Source: Candidatus Binataceae bacterium (GTDB lineage: Bacteria > Desulfobacterota > Binatia > Binatales > Binataceae). From it: a DNA stretch of 64,000 bases. The stretch is from NCBI GenBank assembly GCA_035524375.1, contig DATKOZ010000035.1:135663-199662 (forward strand), written 5' to 3'. Under the pieces are notes generated by a model, which did not search any database, was not told the DNA's origin, and saw only the letters and a program-made list of their open reading frames with translations. A program made the position numbers and the translations under genes. Positions 1-8,543 of the stretch are shown piece by piece (positions within the stretch are counted from its first letter, which is position 1; the number at the start of each line of letters is the position of its first letter).

Positions 1-268
1 CGATGACTTCCGCGCCGAAATATTTGGTGACGGTCGCGCGCGTCATGATGTCGCCGGGCCGCTTGTAGGTGATACCGACACTGGCGACCGGCGGAGGGAG
101 CGGCTCGCCGACGTCGTCGGCGGCATCGTCCGCGGTGGTGTCATCGCCCGACGACATCGCGCATCCGGCGAGCGTAAGCGACATGAACATCAGAATCACG
201 GGAATTACCGCGATCCATCGCGGCCCTTTTTTCGTCGCGTCTGTCGCGATCGCTTTGTATGCCAGCAT
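1..268 (-). CDS. Putative lipoprotein; 5' end complete, 3' end runs off the window
   Basis: Reverse-strand ATG at 268 gives MLAYKAIATDATKKGPRWIAVIPVILMFMSLTLAGC: KK n-region, hydrophobic core and an LAGC lipobox. GC3 is strongly biased, as in real genes of this genome. It lies antisense to the listed 69..323 ORF, which I reject. Confidence 0.4.
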   Translation of the reverse strand, partial: MLAYKAIATDATKKGPRWIAVIPVILMFMSLTLAGCAMSSGDDTTADDAADDVGEPLPPPVASVGITYKRPGDIMTRATVTKYFGAEVI

Positions 269-292
269 GATTATCGGTAGTCTTGGCGGCCC

Positions 293-1636
293 ATGGCGGC
301 GAATAATTCCGGCGAGAAGATAGGGCTCCGCCCGCTGCTAATTTATGCGCAAGGACAGGGAAGTCTCAACCTTTGCTCGACGCTGCTCGCCCTCCATTTG
401 CTTTATTTTTATACCGACCGGATGGCGCTGTCCGCGACATTGGCGGGCATCGCGCTGTTTGCCGCGCTTACGCTCGATGCGTTGACCGACCCGCTGATGG
501 GCAACATCTCGGACCGCGCGCGCTTCAAATCGGGGCGACGGCGGCCGTTTTTTATCGCGGCGCTACCGATGGCGATCTGCTACTACCTGCTGCTCGCGCC
601 GCCGGCCGGCGTGAATCTGTTCGTGTGGCTGTTCTGCTTCGATTTCCTGATGCTGACGGCGCGCAAGGTTTACGAGACCGCCTACGGCGCGCTGATGCCG
701 GAACTTACGCTCGATTACGACGAGCGCACGCGCTTGGCGGCGCTGCGCCAGATGTGCGGCACCGTAGGGGATGTCAGCGGCGCGCTGTTGCCGTTTGCGG
801 CGGCATATTTTTTCTCGCGCGGCACGGATTTCAAGGCGGCGGGCGCGATCTGCGCGATCGCGGCGGCGGGAGGCGCGCTGCTGGCGTACCTCGGCTTGCG
901 CGAGCGTCCGGAATTCAGTGCGCTGGAAAGCTCGCGACTGGGGCCGGCGATGAAGGCCGCGATGGCCAACCGTCCCTTTATCATCCTGCTGCTCGCGACC
1001 GGATTTGCGGTGATGGCGATTAATTTCCCGACCGTACTGCTGCGGTTTATAGCCAAATACTGGCTTCACGATGACGACGCGGCGGCGCGGATGCTGGGGG
1101 CATATTTTGCGGGCGGAATCGTTTCCTACCCGTTCTGGATGAAAATCGGCGGGCGGGTGGAAAAGAAGCAGGCGTTTGTGGGCGCGCTTGCGTGCAATGC
1201 GCTGGCTTCGCTCACGTTCATGGCGGTTACGCCGGAGAACATCCGGATCATCATGTTCCTGATGGCGTTCAGCGGATTTTCCGCGATCGGGATGTGGATC
1301 GCGCAAATGTCGTCATCGGCCGACGTAATCGAGTGGGATGAGGAGCGTACCGGGCAGCGGCAGGAGGGCGCCTACGCGGGCCTGATTTCGATGTCGATCA
1401 AGCTTTCGGCCGCAGTCGCGATACTGCTGATCGGCCCGATGCTCAATTGGATCGGCTACCGGCCCGGGATGGCGGCGCTCACGCCGGCGGCGGAGAGCAA
1501 TCTGCGGCTGCTCTTTGCAATTGTGCCGGCGGTTATCTACTCGATGGGCGCGCTGGTCTTCATGCGATATCCGATCACCCGCGACATGCATTTCGAGATG
1601 CGCCAGCGCCTGGCCACCCGCAACGCCCCGGCGTGA
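293..1636 (+). CDS. MFS transporter, glycoside-pentoside-hexuronide (GPH, MelB-like) cation symporter family
   Basis: 447 aa with about 12 predicted TM segments. Has the GPH N-terminal signature LLYFYTDxxAL and a charged loop DRARFKSGRRRPF. The start is uncertain (293 or a downstream in-frame start) because only about 24 bp separate it from the divergent lipoprotein start. Confidence 0.75.
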   Translation: MAANNSGEKIGLRPLLIYAQGQGSLNLCSTLLALHLLYFYTDRMALSATLAGIALFAALTLDALTDPLMGNISDRARFKSGRRRPFFIAALPMAICYYLLLAPPAGVNLFVWLFCFDFLMLTARKVYETAYGALMPELTLDYDERTRLAALRQMCGTVGDVSGALLPFAAAYFFSRGTDFKAAGAICAIAAAGGALLAYLGLRERPEFSALESSRLGPAMKAAMANRPFIILLLATGFAVMAINFPTVLLRFIAKYWLHDDDAAARMLGAYFAGGIVSYPFWMKIGGRVEKKQAFVGALACNALASLTFMAVTPENIRIIMFLMAFSGFSAIGMWIAQMSSSADVIEWDEERTGQRQEGAYAGLISMSIKLSAAVAILLIGPMLNWIGYRPGMAALTPAAESNLRLLFAIVPAVIYSMGALVFMRYPITRDMHFEMRQRLATRNAPA

Positions 1637-1939
1637 AAAGGAGTGTCTGTAATTGGTCAGGAAATTGGGTTCGTTTCGTAATTTTTCTATTTTTCTCAGC
1701 CGAACTCCGATCGAACGGCGTTTTTCTTGCGCACCTGGCAGGCTGGTGTGGCCATCGCTTCCCTCCGCCTTGCGCTTTTCTCATTTCTCAACACCCTGCT
1801 AACCTGAACGCCCGGCATCGGCCATCGGAACGTGCCTAGCCGAAGGGGCGACCGCCGTGATTGTACTCTCTGCGCGCGCCGCACGTCAGGCTGAATCGTT
1901 CAGCTCTGAACTGGCTCGCCAGTAAGAGACGCATTTTGT

Positions 1940-2130
1940 GGATCGTCATCCTGAAGGCTAAGGCCTGAACGAAGTGTAGGGTCTCTCTATCCAAGCCAGC
2001 GAGATGCGCTGGCTTGACCGGTAGGCTTGTCCTGAGCCGTTCGACCTCGCTCAGGGTAAACTCCGCCGAAGGAATCCCGATCCTCTTCCGCGTCGCCGTC
2101 CCCTCCCCCTGTCACCCTGAGCGGAGGCTG
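1940..2130. repeat. Left-flank copies of a short dispersed repeat family (core CGCTCAGGRTGACA and its reverse complement)
   Basis: Copies at about 1945 (cgtcatcctgaagg), about 2057 (cgctcagggtaaac) and about 2108 (ctgtcaccctgagcgg). The same core recurs five times at 5811–6085 and once at about 6700, in the opposite orientation relative to most left-flank copies. Confidence 0.45.
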
Positions 2131-2270
2131 CCGGAGTCGAACGGGTCTCGCGCGCGAAGCCCGCGCAACCCAGTGCGCGGTAGCGCTGATGATGCGCTTT
2201 TATCGCGAGCGCATGACGGTATCGTCACGCGCTGACAATCTTACCACGAACAGGCAGTTTTCTTTCTTTC

Positions 2271-2873
2271 CTATTTGATGCGGCCAAGAATCCCTGTCAC
2301 AAGGTTCTGTCGCGCGAGTTCCGAACCCACAAACGGGTATCGGTTCTGCAGAAAACTCAACGTAATATTGCCTTGTGAGTAATCACGGGCAATTTCAAAT
2401 CTTAATTCGACTAACGGCTCGCTGTTTAACTTCAAAACATCGATCGTATGGGAAATCTGGCCAATCAAGGCATTTTCCAAACCATCTCCCGGCTGCACAT
2501 AAAAGCTCGCACAGTCCAAGACAAACCAGCCCGCTTGAATCGAAAAAGGGTCGAGCAGGCCCATCTTATCGCCCTTATCATGATTAATCCGAGAGCTGCA
2601 AAGCCGGTAATTGCTCCACTCATATGCCAGTTCCGGGTGTCGAGCTTTAGGCAAGAAGTGATCTACCGAGTAATCTGTAGGAAGCCAGCAGGCTGAGTAG
2701 GCGCAGATACTATTGTAGGCTGTTCGTAGGTCTTCTAGGCAGTTTTTCCAGAAACTATTTTTAGAAAATTGCTTGCTTGTGGGGCTTGGGCAGGACGCGA
2801 GAAACGAGAGCCCCGGAGTTCGAACCTTGCTGGCAAATCCGGCCGGTTCTGGCTGAGAGGAAACTGGTATCAC
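2271..2873 (-). CDS. HNH-family nuclease, PtuB/TIGR02646-like
   Basis: 200 aa. HNH motif CAYSACW…VDHFLPK…LCSSRINHDKGDK (Cys pair, D-H, N…K). GTG start overlaps the stop of the upstream ATPase gene (ctGTGAta). Low local GC. Confidence 0.7.
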   Translation of the reverse strand: MIPVSSQPEPAGFASKVRTPGLSFLASCPSPTSKQFSKNSFWKNCLEDLRTAYNSICAYSACWLPTDYSVDHFLPKARHPELAYEWSNYRLCSSRINHDKGDKMGLLDPFSIQAGWFVLDCASFYVQPGDGLENALIGQISHTIDVLKLNSEPLVELRFEIARDYSQGNITLSFLQNRYPFVGSELARQNLVTGILGRIK

Positions 2874-4744
2874 AGCTTCACTCCTTTACTTTCGGCGAAA
2901 AACAGCCACCTAGGCCAAAATTGATCATCCTCAGGAAGGACCTTCCGGAGCTCACCCGATACCCGATGAATAACCCCAGCATCCGGTTTTACCGTCGACA
3001 TAAGTTTCTTGGCCTCTTCCAGAATGGATTCACTTTCCCGTGAGCGAGCCTGGCGCAATTCGAATATTTCCGAGGTCAACCACCTGTCAACGCTGCCGTG
3101 GCGGATGAACGGGATCTCCGTGAATTCAGCTAACCCGCCGCCGGTTAACCGAAGATGGAACAGTTTGTCAGTACTGTCTGAGAATTCCGCCTCGATCGAA
3201 GCTAGAATGAGCGGAGAATGTGTCGCAACTATGGCCTGATACTGAAGTTCGTTACTAAGTATCGTTGCAACTTCCAGAAGTGCTGGTAATGCAACGCGCT
3301 GCCATTTTGGGTGCAAATGTGCTTCTACTTCGTCTATGAGTACCACGAGTTGCCGTTGTGGTGGGCGGTTTGAAAGTTTAGAGTAGATTTTATGTTCGTT
3401 CCAACACCAAACCAGAAGATAGGCCAAGGTAACGATACGTCTAACACCCGCAGACTCGTTAGTGAAAGGAACATCGCCGTAGGGGTGTTTAAGTGTCGGG
3501 ATCTCACGCGCCTCTCCGGGAATTCGGATGGATCGACCCGGCTTCAACGGAGACATATCAGGGGGCGAAAGCTTTTCCAGTACGGCACAGAAGGTCTCAA
3601 AAATCTCGCGCTGGTCGCTGCTATTTTGCCAACGAACCCAATCGCGTAGAAGCCCTTCTATTTGCCCTTCGAGTCCATTTAAAACTTCGTCACGGGAAAC
3701 CACCAATGCCGCAACGCGCTGCTCGCGCTGAATTGGCGAGTGCCGGGCAGGGTCCCACACGGCAAAGGAACCATCGACTCGGGCATAAACAACCAAGCCC
3801 GGAAGAGTTGGCCGCCCCTTGGGCGCGGGCCATTGCTGCGTGTTCCAGTCATAGCGGATTGTTATTGATTCTGGGCGACTCTTGCTGGCAGCGATTTCAA
3901 ACTTGATGCTGACCGCAGGGAGGGACTGGTCGGGATTCGGAAAAGCCGCCCGACCGGCCCAATGGCCGGTTAGCGCCCACCAAGCACATTCAAGGATAAA
4001 GGTTTTCCCGAGGCCGTTATCTCCTGTAATAATCGATAGCCGTTCCGCCGGCTGAAAGGAAAGGTGTGCGCTCGGACCAAGACCCTTCATCTCCAATAGG
4101 CGAAGCGTTCCGCCGACCTCTGGAACGCTGTCTGGCGCCGGCTTGATGACTTGCAGTAGCCTTTTATCAGAGTACGCTTCATCGGTATACAGCTCCTGCT
4201 TCCTATATACGGTAGCAAGGAACAATTTCTCGCGTTCTTCACGCGATACATAGAAATCTGAAAAGAGCCGATCTTCAATCGCCTTCGTCCCAACAGCGGT
4301 CTGCCAATTATGATTCCGATAGATCCAGATCGCTAACCACAATGCTGGTATAGCGTGAACCTTATCTATATCAAGTTCCTGTTTTAGAATATCTATATAG
4401 TTAGTGCTCCAACCCCAGAGATTCGTGTTCCTCGGATGAACAAATGCCCCACCCAAACGCCCCCTTGTGCGCGTACTTTGCGAGCCAGAAAAGGGATACT
4501 TGTGAACAATCCAGCCGCCCTCTCTACTTGAAGTGCGAAAGGGCTGGAAAAAATACTCAGAATTAGGGTTCGGTTTATAGTACGTGTCGAGAAATGCCTC
4601 TTCTTCGTGATTGATTGAAAATGGAATAGCCTTGCCAATCGGCAGTTGCGCCTTCTTGCATACTAGGTACGAGATTCCAAAAAACGGGTGAAGCGAACGA
4701 AGCTTCTCGATTGCCTCCTGAACGATTTCGAATCGGAAATACAT
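2870..4744 (-). CDS. ABC/AAA_21-type ATPase (PtuA-like) with a roughly 230-aa N-terminal domain of unknown function
   Basis: 624 aa. Walker A ITGDNGLGKTF at about aa 238; Walker B/D-loop LVVLIDEVEAHLHP at about aa 465; H-loop ATHSPLIL. The N-terminal 230 aa (W/Y-rich, YFFQPFRTSSREGGWIVHKYPF) match no family I recognise. Its ATG immediately follows the methyltransferase stop (TGAATG). Confidence 0.75.
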   Translation of the reverse strand: MYFRFEIVQEAIEKLRSLHPFFGISYLVCKKAQLPIGKAIPFSINHEEEAFLDTYYKPNPNSEYFFQPFRTSSREGGWIVHKYPFSGSQSTRTRGRLGGAFVHPRNTNLWGWSTNYIDILKQELDIDKVHAIPALWLAIWIYRNHNWQTAVGTKAIEDRLFSDFYVSREEREKLFLATVYRKQELYTDEAYSDKRLLQVIKPAPDSVPEVGGTLRLLEMKGLGPSAHLSFQPAERLSIITGDNGLGKTFILECAWWALTGHWAGRAAFPNPDQSLPAVSIKFEIAASKSRPESITIRYDWNTQQWPAPKGRPTLPGLVVYARVDGSFAVWDPARHSPIQREQRVAALVVSRDEVLNGLEGQIEGLLRDWVRWQNSSDQREIFETFCAVLEKLSPPDMSPLKPGRSIRIPGEAREIPTLKHPYGDVPFTNESAGVRRIVTLAYLLVWCWNEHKIYSKLSNRPPQRQLVVLIDEVEAHLHPKWQRVALPALLEVATILSNELQYQAIVATHSPLILASIEAEFSDSTDKLFHLRLTGGGLAEFTEIPFIRHGSVDRWLTSEIFELRQARSRESESILEEAKKLMSTVKPDAGVIHRVSGELRKVLPEDDQFWPRWLFFAESKGVKL

Positions 4745-5650
4745 TCAGAGGATCGTAGGCGCATCCCGCAGTTGGTCGACCATGTAACGGCAAAAATCGG
4801 CGTGTAGATCTATTCCGGTTGCACAGCGCCCAGAAGCCAACGCCACTCGTAAAGTCGTACCGGAACCTGCAAACGGATCAAGTACGCGGCCTCCAGGTGG
4901 GCAGCCAATTTTGAGACACCTTTCGACAAGTTCATCAGGGAATGGGGCGGTATCAATACCATTGGTGGGCTTCGGCCTTGCCGCAATGGTCCAGACGTCT
5001 TCCTCGACTACAACGTCGGCTAATGCTTGGCGATTAAAAAAGTAGTTTCTTGACTTCGCAAACATGAATACGTTTTCGTAGCTTCGCCGCGGTCGGTCTT
5101 TCACGGCTTCGGCAAGAGCATGTTTGCGATGCCAAATAATAGCACTGCGTAATACCCAATGTCGCTGTGCGAGTTCTAGTGCTGTACGCCAAGGTATTCC
5201 GATTACAGATTTTGGCCGGATGCCAATACCTACGCCGCCGCTCTTATCTACTGCACGTAAGCCGAACCGACGTTTTGCGCTCTTGCGGTCTATGCCCTGC
5301 GACTCGCCTTTGCCAGAATAGTAGGTATCGCCAAGATTCAGGAAGAGGAGACCGTCTTTTCGCAGAACGCGATACACCTCGCTCATGATATCGGCTATAG
5401 AGGTTATATATTCGGTAACTGTGTCTTCATGGCCGATTTGGCCTTGGATGCCATAATCGCGGAGCCAATAATAGGGGGGGGAAGTGACGACACAATCAAA
5501 CTGATCTTCTGGAAGGTGAGCGAGAACCGTCCTTGCGTCACCGCAATACACTTCCCATTTCTGGCGACGCCCGGTTGCGCCACACCAGCGTTTCAAATCT
5601 CTGGAGCACCCGGCAGTTCTGGCAACAAGTGGGCCCTCCCCCAGTCTCAC
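4745..5650 (-). CDS. DNA methyltransferase, beta-class N4-cytosine/N6-adenine (N6_N4_Mtase family)
   Basis: Motif IV VVTSPPYY precedes motif I LDPFAGSGTT (order IV→I, beta class; SPPY favours N4-cytosine). 301 aa; the true start may be downstream of 5650. Confidence 0.85.
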   Translation of the reverse strand: MRLGEGPLVARTAGCSRDLKRWCGATGRRQKWEVYCGDARTVLAHLPEDQFDCVVTSPPYYWLRDYGIQGQIGHEDTVTEYITSIADIMSEVYRVLRKDGLLFLNLGDTYYSGKGESQGIDRKSAKRRFGLRAVDKSGGVGIGIRPKSVIGIPWRTALELAQRHWVLRSAIIWHRKHALAEAVKDRPRRSYENVFMFAKSRNYFFNRQALADVVVEEDVWTIAARPKPTNGIDTAPFPDELVERCLKIGCPPGGRVLDPFAGSGTTLRVALASGRCATGIDLHADFCRYMVDQLRDAPTIL

Positions 5651-5804
5651 AGTTCCACCCTTTGCTGGCTGTGATGGTGGCGCCTGTGTTCGGGGACCAC
5701 GGGGGCGGTTTCGTCGGATTCAACGCGCACCATTTGGTTGTGCTTTATAGCATAGGTGGAAAGAGCGGCCAACTCTGGAGCGGGGTCTCAGCGACGCCGA
5801 ACGG

Positions 5805-6095
5805 GTAGGAATCGCTCGGGATGATAGAAAAAAGCAGCAGCCCGGCGCACCATCGGTTGCGCGCGCTGCGCGCGCGAGATCCTTCGACTCGTGCAACGCT
5901 CGCTCAGGATGACAAAAAGCGCGGGGCGAGGCGCGGAAAAAGATTCGGGATCCCTCGACTTCGGCTCGGGATGACAGAAAGAGGGCGGCATCCGGGATTC
6001 CTCACGCGCCGGCCTCGCGCGGGAATGACATGGAGAGGGGCAGGGCTCAGGGCTTCGGCTCGGATGACCAAAAAGGAGAGACTTCTCGGAGCCAA
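5805..6095. repeat. Degenerate tandem array (about 4.5 units of 60–70 bp) of the CGCTCGGGATGACAGAAAG repeat family
   Basis: Units begin at about 5811 (cgctcgggatgatagaaaaaag), 5890 (cgctcaggatgacaaaaag), 5957 (ggctcgggatgacagaaag), 6019 (cgcgggaatgacatggag) and 6058 (ggctcggatgaccaaaaag). Each is preceded by gat(c/t)cctcgact(t)cg. Confidence 0.55.
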
Positions 6096-6144
6096 ATGGT
6101 TCACGACCTTGCCGGGCCAACTCGGCAGCCGTACAATAACCCGC

Positions 6145-6375
6145 ATGAGCGGCCATCGAGCGCGGGTCGAGAAAGGGAGGCTGATTCTCGACGAGCCGAC
6201 AACACTGCCCGAAGGCACGGTTGTCGAGTTGGTCGCCGACGACGAGGGCGACGACCTTTCCGATAAGGAACGCCGCGCGCTCCACGAAGCGCTATCCGCG
6301 TCTTGGCAATCGGCTGAGCGGGGGCGTCTTCGCCCGGCATCGGCGATTGTGGACGAACTGCGCCATCGCCGGTGA
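6145..6375 (+). CDS. Type II antitoxin (ParD/Phd-like addiction-module antidote)
   Basis: Small acidic protein (…VVELVADDEGDDLSDKERRALHEAL…). Overlaps the downstream ParE-like toxin gene by 4 nt (ATGA). An alternative upstream start at 6064 (MTKKERL…) is possible. Confidence 0.6.
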   Translation: MSGHRARVEKGRLILDEPTTLPEGTVVELVADDEGDDLSDKERRALHEALSASWQSAERGRLRPASAIVDELRHRR

Positions 6376-6677
6376 GCCTACCGGTACGAACCACCCCCGA
6401 AGCGGACGCACAGATCCGCGCGATCGATAAATGGTGGCGCGAGAACCGCACCGCCTCATCCGAGCTGTTCGCTGACGAATTGGCCGCGGCGTTCGACCTC
6501 ATCGGTCATGCACCCGGCATTGGCCGCTCGTATCGGCGTTCTCCCGTATCAAGCACACGCCGCATCCTCCTTAAAGCCGCTCGCTATCACGTTTATTACG
6601 CGTCAAGCACCAATGAGGTGCGAGTGCTCGCAGTGTGGCATGCACGGCGCGGCGTTGGACCACCGCTTCGCGCATAA
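6372..6677 (+). CDS. parE: Type II toxin, ParE/RelE family
   Basis: 101 aa; EADAQIRAIDKWW…RSYRRSPVSSTRRILLKAARYHVYYASSTNEVRVLAVWHARR matches the ParE/RelE fold signature. Confidence 0.8.
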   Translation: MSLPVRTTPEADAQIRAIDKWWRENRTASSELFADELAAAFDLIGHAPGIGRSYRRSPVSSTRRILLKAARYHVYYASSTNEVRVLAVWHARRGVGPPLRA

Positions 6678-6753
6678 GGCGGGCGCGCCCCTGCCAGACA
6701 GGGCAGGATGACAAGCAATAGAGGGGGGAGCGGCGCGGACGATCCTGCATCCG

Positions 6754-7602
6754 TCAGCGCAAGCCCAGCAGCGAACCAACTATGACGCTCAGGAAGAGCG
6801 CCGCGTCCAAGATGACGTGCGACATCATCGATGCTTCCAGACCATGCCGGAGGTAGAGAGCGCCGAGAACGATTCCAACCCAGGTCTGCGGAAGCGCGAG
6901 CGCGACGATCGGGGCCAGGACGTTCCATTGATATGGGGCGGCGAACCCACGGTCCAAATGCACGAGCCCAAACGCATACGCTTGCAGGATGTTCGCGCAC
7001 CATAGAACGCCCCGTTGCGGCCTACCCGCCGGATCGCGCCAGAGTTGCGAAATTGCCAGCGCGCAAAAGGTGAGAACTACCAGTCTGTAGGCAACCTCTT
7101 CGTAGATGGCCGTGCCGGCGCTTGCGCTGAGCGCGCCGAACGCAAGCTGGCCCGGCATTTGTCGAACCGCTGGCGGACTGAAGCCCCGGCTCAATTTCGA
7201 GGGCCCGGAAATGGGCACGAATCTCAACGTGTGTTCCACGATGGCAGCCGCTCGCTCGGCTGCAATGCTGACCAGGGCATACAGCATCGCCGGCTTGAGA
7301 AAGCTGTGTAGCCGCCGGCCGGGCACTTCGTTTCTCAGCCGGGCCGACAACCATGGCGATCCGGGCAAGCCCAACTTCGGCACAAACCATACTGCCGCGG
7401 GCACCAAACACACCAGAATCAACGTCCCTCGATGAAGATGAAGCGGCCCGTTGCCGCTGATTGATTTTATCAACGGCAATTCGAGCGCAATGCCGGCGAC
7501 GGCAAGTCCGATAAAGGCGGCGGACTCCTTCGCCCAATCCAAGAGCCGCCCCGCAGGTGCCGGTGTATCGATTGGTGCGGATGATCCCAGCGGTTGCGTC
7601 AC
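6754..7602 (-). CDS. CPBP family intramembrane glutamic endopeptidase (CAAX protease/Abi-like)
   Basis: Multi-TM protein with the EExxxR motif (YEEVAYRLVV) and the FxxxH motif (AFGLVHLDRG). Confidence 0.75.
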   Translation of the reverse strand: MTQPLGSSAPIDTPAPAGRLLDWAKESAAFIGLAVAGIALELPLIKSISGNGPLHLHRGTLILVCLVPAAVWFVPKLGLPGSPWLSARLRNEVPGRRLHSFLKPAMLYALVSIAAERAAAIVEHTLRFVPISGPSKLSRGFSPPAVRQMPGQLAFGALSASAGTAIYEEVAYRLVVLTFCALAISQLWRDPAGRPQRGVLWCANILQAYAFGLVHLDRGFAAPYQWNVLAPIVALALPQTWVGIVLGALYLRHGLEASMMSHVILDAALFLSVIVGSLLGLR

Positions 7603-8423
7603 TTAATCGGTGGCAGGAAGTCGGGCATGTCCTTGGAGGCCTTGAGCTTCCAGGCCGGTTTGCGCTTCTGCAGGAAGGCGGTCACGCCCTCGTAGGCGTC
7701 GGGCTGCATCCCCGCCCACATGAACGTGCGCGTGTCCATCGCCTCGACTTCGTCGGCCGATTCCTCAGTCATGAACCGGTAGATTAGCCGCTTGGTCATC
7801 GCGACCGAGACCGGGGCGGTGTTATCCGCGATGTCTCGCGCCATCTCGCGGACCTTCGGCATGAATTCCGCGTCGGGCCACACATGGCTGACGACGCCGA
7901 ACTCAAGCGCCTCGCGCGCGCTGATGACCTTTCCCGTCATCAGCAGCTCGTTGGCGCGTGCCAGTCCGATCAAGCGCGGCACCGTCCACATGCTGAGCGC
8001 CTCGGGCGTGATCCCGCGCCGGACGAATACGAAGCCGATCTTGGCGCTCTCCGCCGCCACGCGAATGTCCCACTGCATCGGGAGCGTGATGCCGACGCCG
8101 ACCGCCGGGCCATTGATCGCGCCGATAATCGGTTTGCGGATGTTCCAAGGGCGCACCGAATGCGGCTGGAACGCCTCCCCGGTTTGCGCGCGCTTGTCAT
8201 AGTCGAAGGTCTCGCCGCCGGTGCCAAGGTCGGCGCCCGCGCAGAATGCGCGGCCGGCGCCGGTCACGACGATTACCCGCACATCGTCATTGGTGTCGAA
8301 TTCGGCGAATGCATCGTGCAGTTCCGCGCCCATCCGCTGGGTATAGGCGTTAAGCCGCTCGGGGCGGTTGAGCGTGATGGTTGCGACGCCGTCTTTAATC
8401 TCGGTCAGAACCTGGCTGGCCAT
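7599..8423 (-). CDS. Enoyl-CoA hydratase/isomerase (crotonase) family protein
   Basis: ITLNRPERLNA…VVTGAGRAFCAGADL crotonase signature. Confidence 0.85.
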   Translation of the reverse strand: MASQVLTEIKDGVATITLNRPERLNAYTQRMGAELHDAFAEFDTNDDVRVIVVTGAGRAFCAGADLGTGGETFDYDKRAQTGEAFQPHSVRPWNIRKPIIGAINGPAVGVGITLPMQWDIRVAAESAKIGFVFVRRGITPEALSMWTVPRLIGLARANELLMTGKVISAREALEFGVVSHVWPDAEFMPKVREMARDIADNTAPVSVAMTKRLIYRFMTEESADEVEAMDTRTFMWAGMQPDAYEGVTAFLQKRKPAWKLKASKDMPDFLPPIK

Positions 8424-8543
8424 GCGATGTTCCTCCTGCGGGCAAATCCGCGCTCCGCATTCGCGTTATAGCCCGCAATTGGCCGATTGGAAAAGCACAG
8501 GGACAACGATAGTTGGAAAGAGAGGTCCGGTAACCGACGCGCG

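Noticed and set aside
69-323. ORF 69..323 (+), 84 aa
   Set aside because: The Gly/Ser/Ala-rich low-complexity translation is antisense to a better-supported lipoprotein reading frame with a proper signal peptide and GC3 bias.
373-1306. Long ORFs 373..1023 (+) and 563..1306 (−) overlapping the MFS transporter gene
   Set aside because: They lie in alternate frames of, or antisense to, a gene with clear GPH-family motifs. Their translations are Arg/Ala-rich low complexity, typical of out-of-frame reading in 65% GC DNA.
2271-5650. Interpreting the three-gene island as a classical type I, type III or type II R-M system
   Set aside because: There is no HsdS/HsdR or Res helicase-nuclease. The nuclease is a small stand-alone HNH protein, and the ATPase is ABC/AAA_21-type rather than SF2. 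Hence the Septu-like call.
5805-6095. Possible CRISPR array
   Set aside because: Repeat units are degenerate and directly adjacent, without unique spacers. No cas genes and no leader are present.
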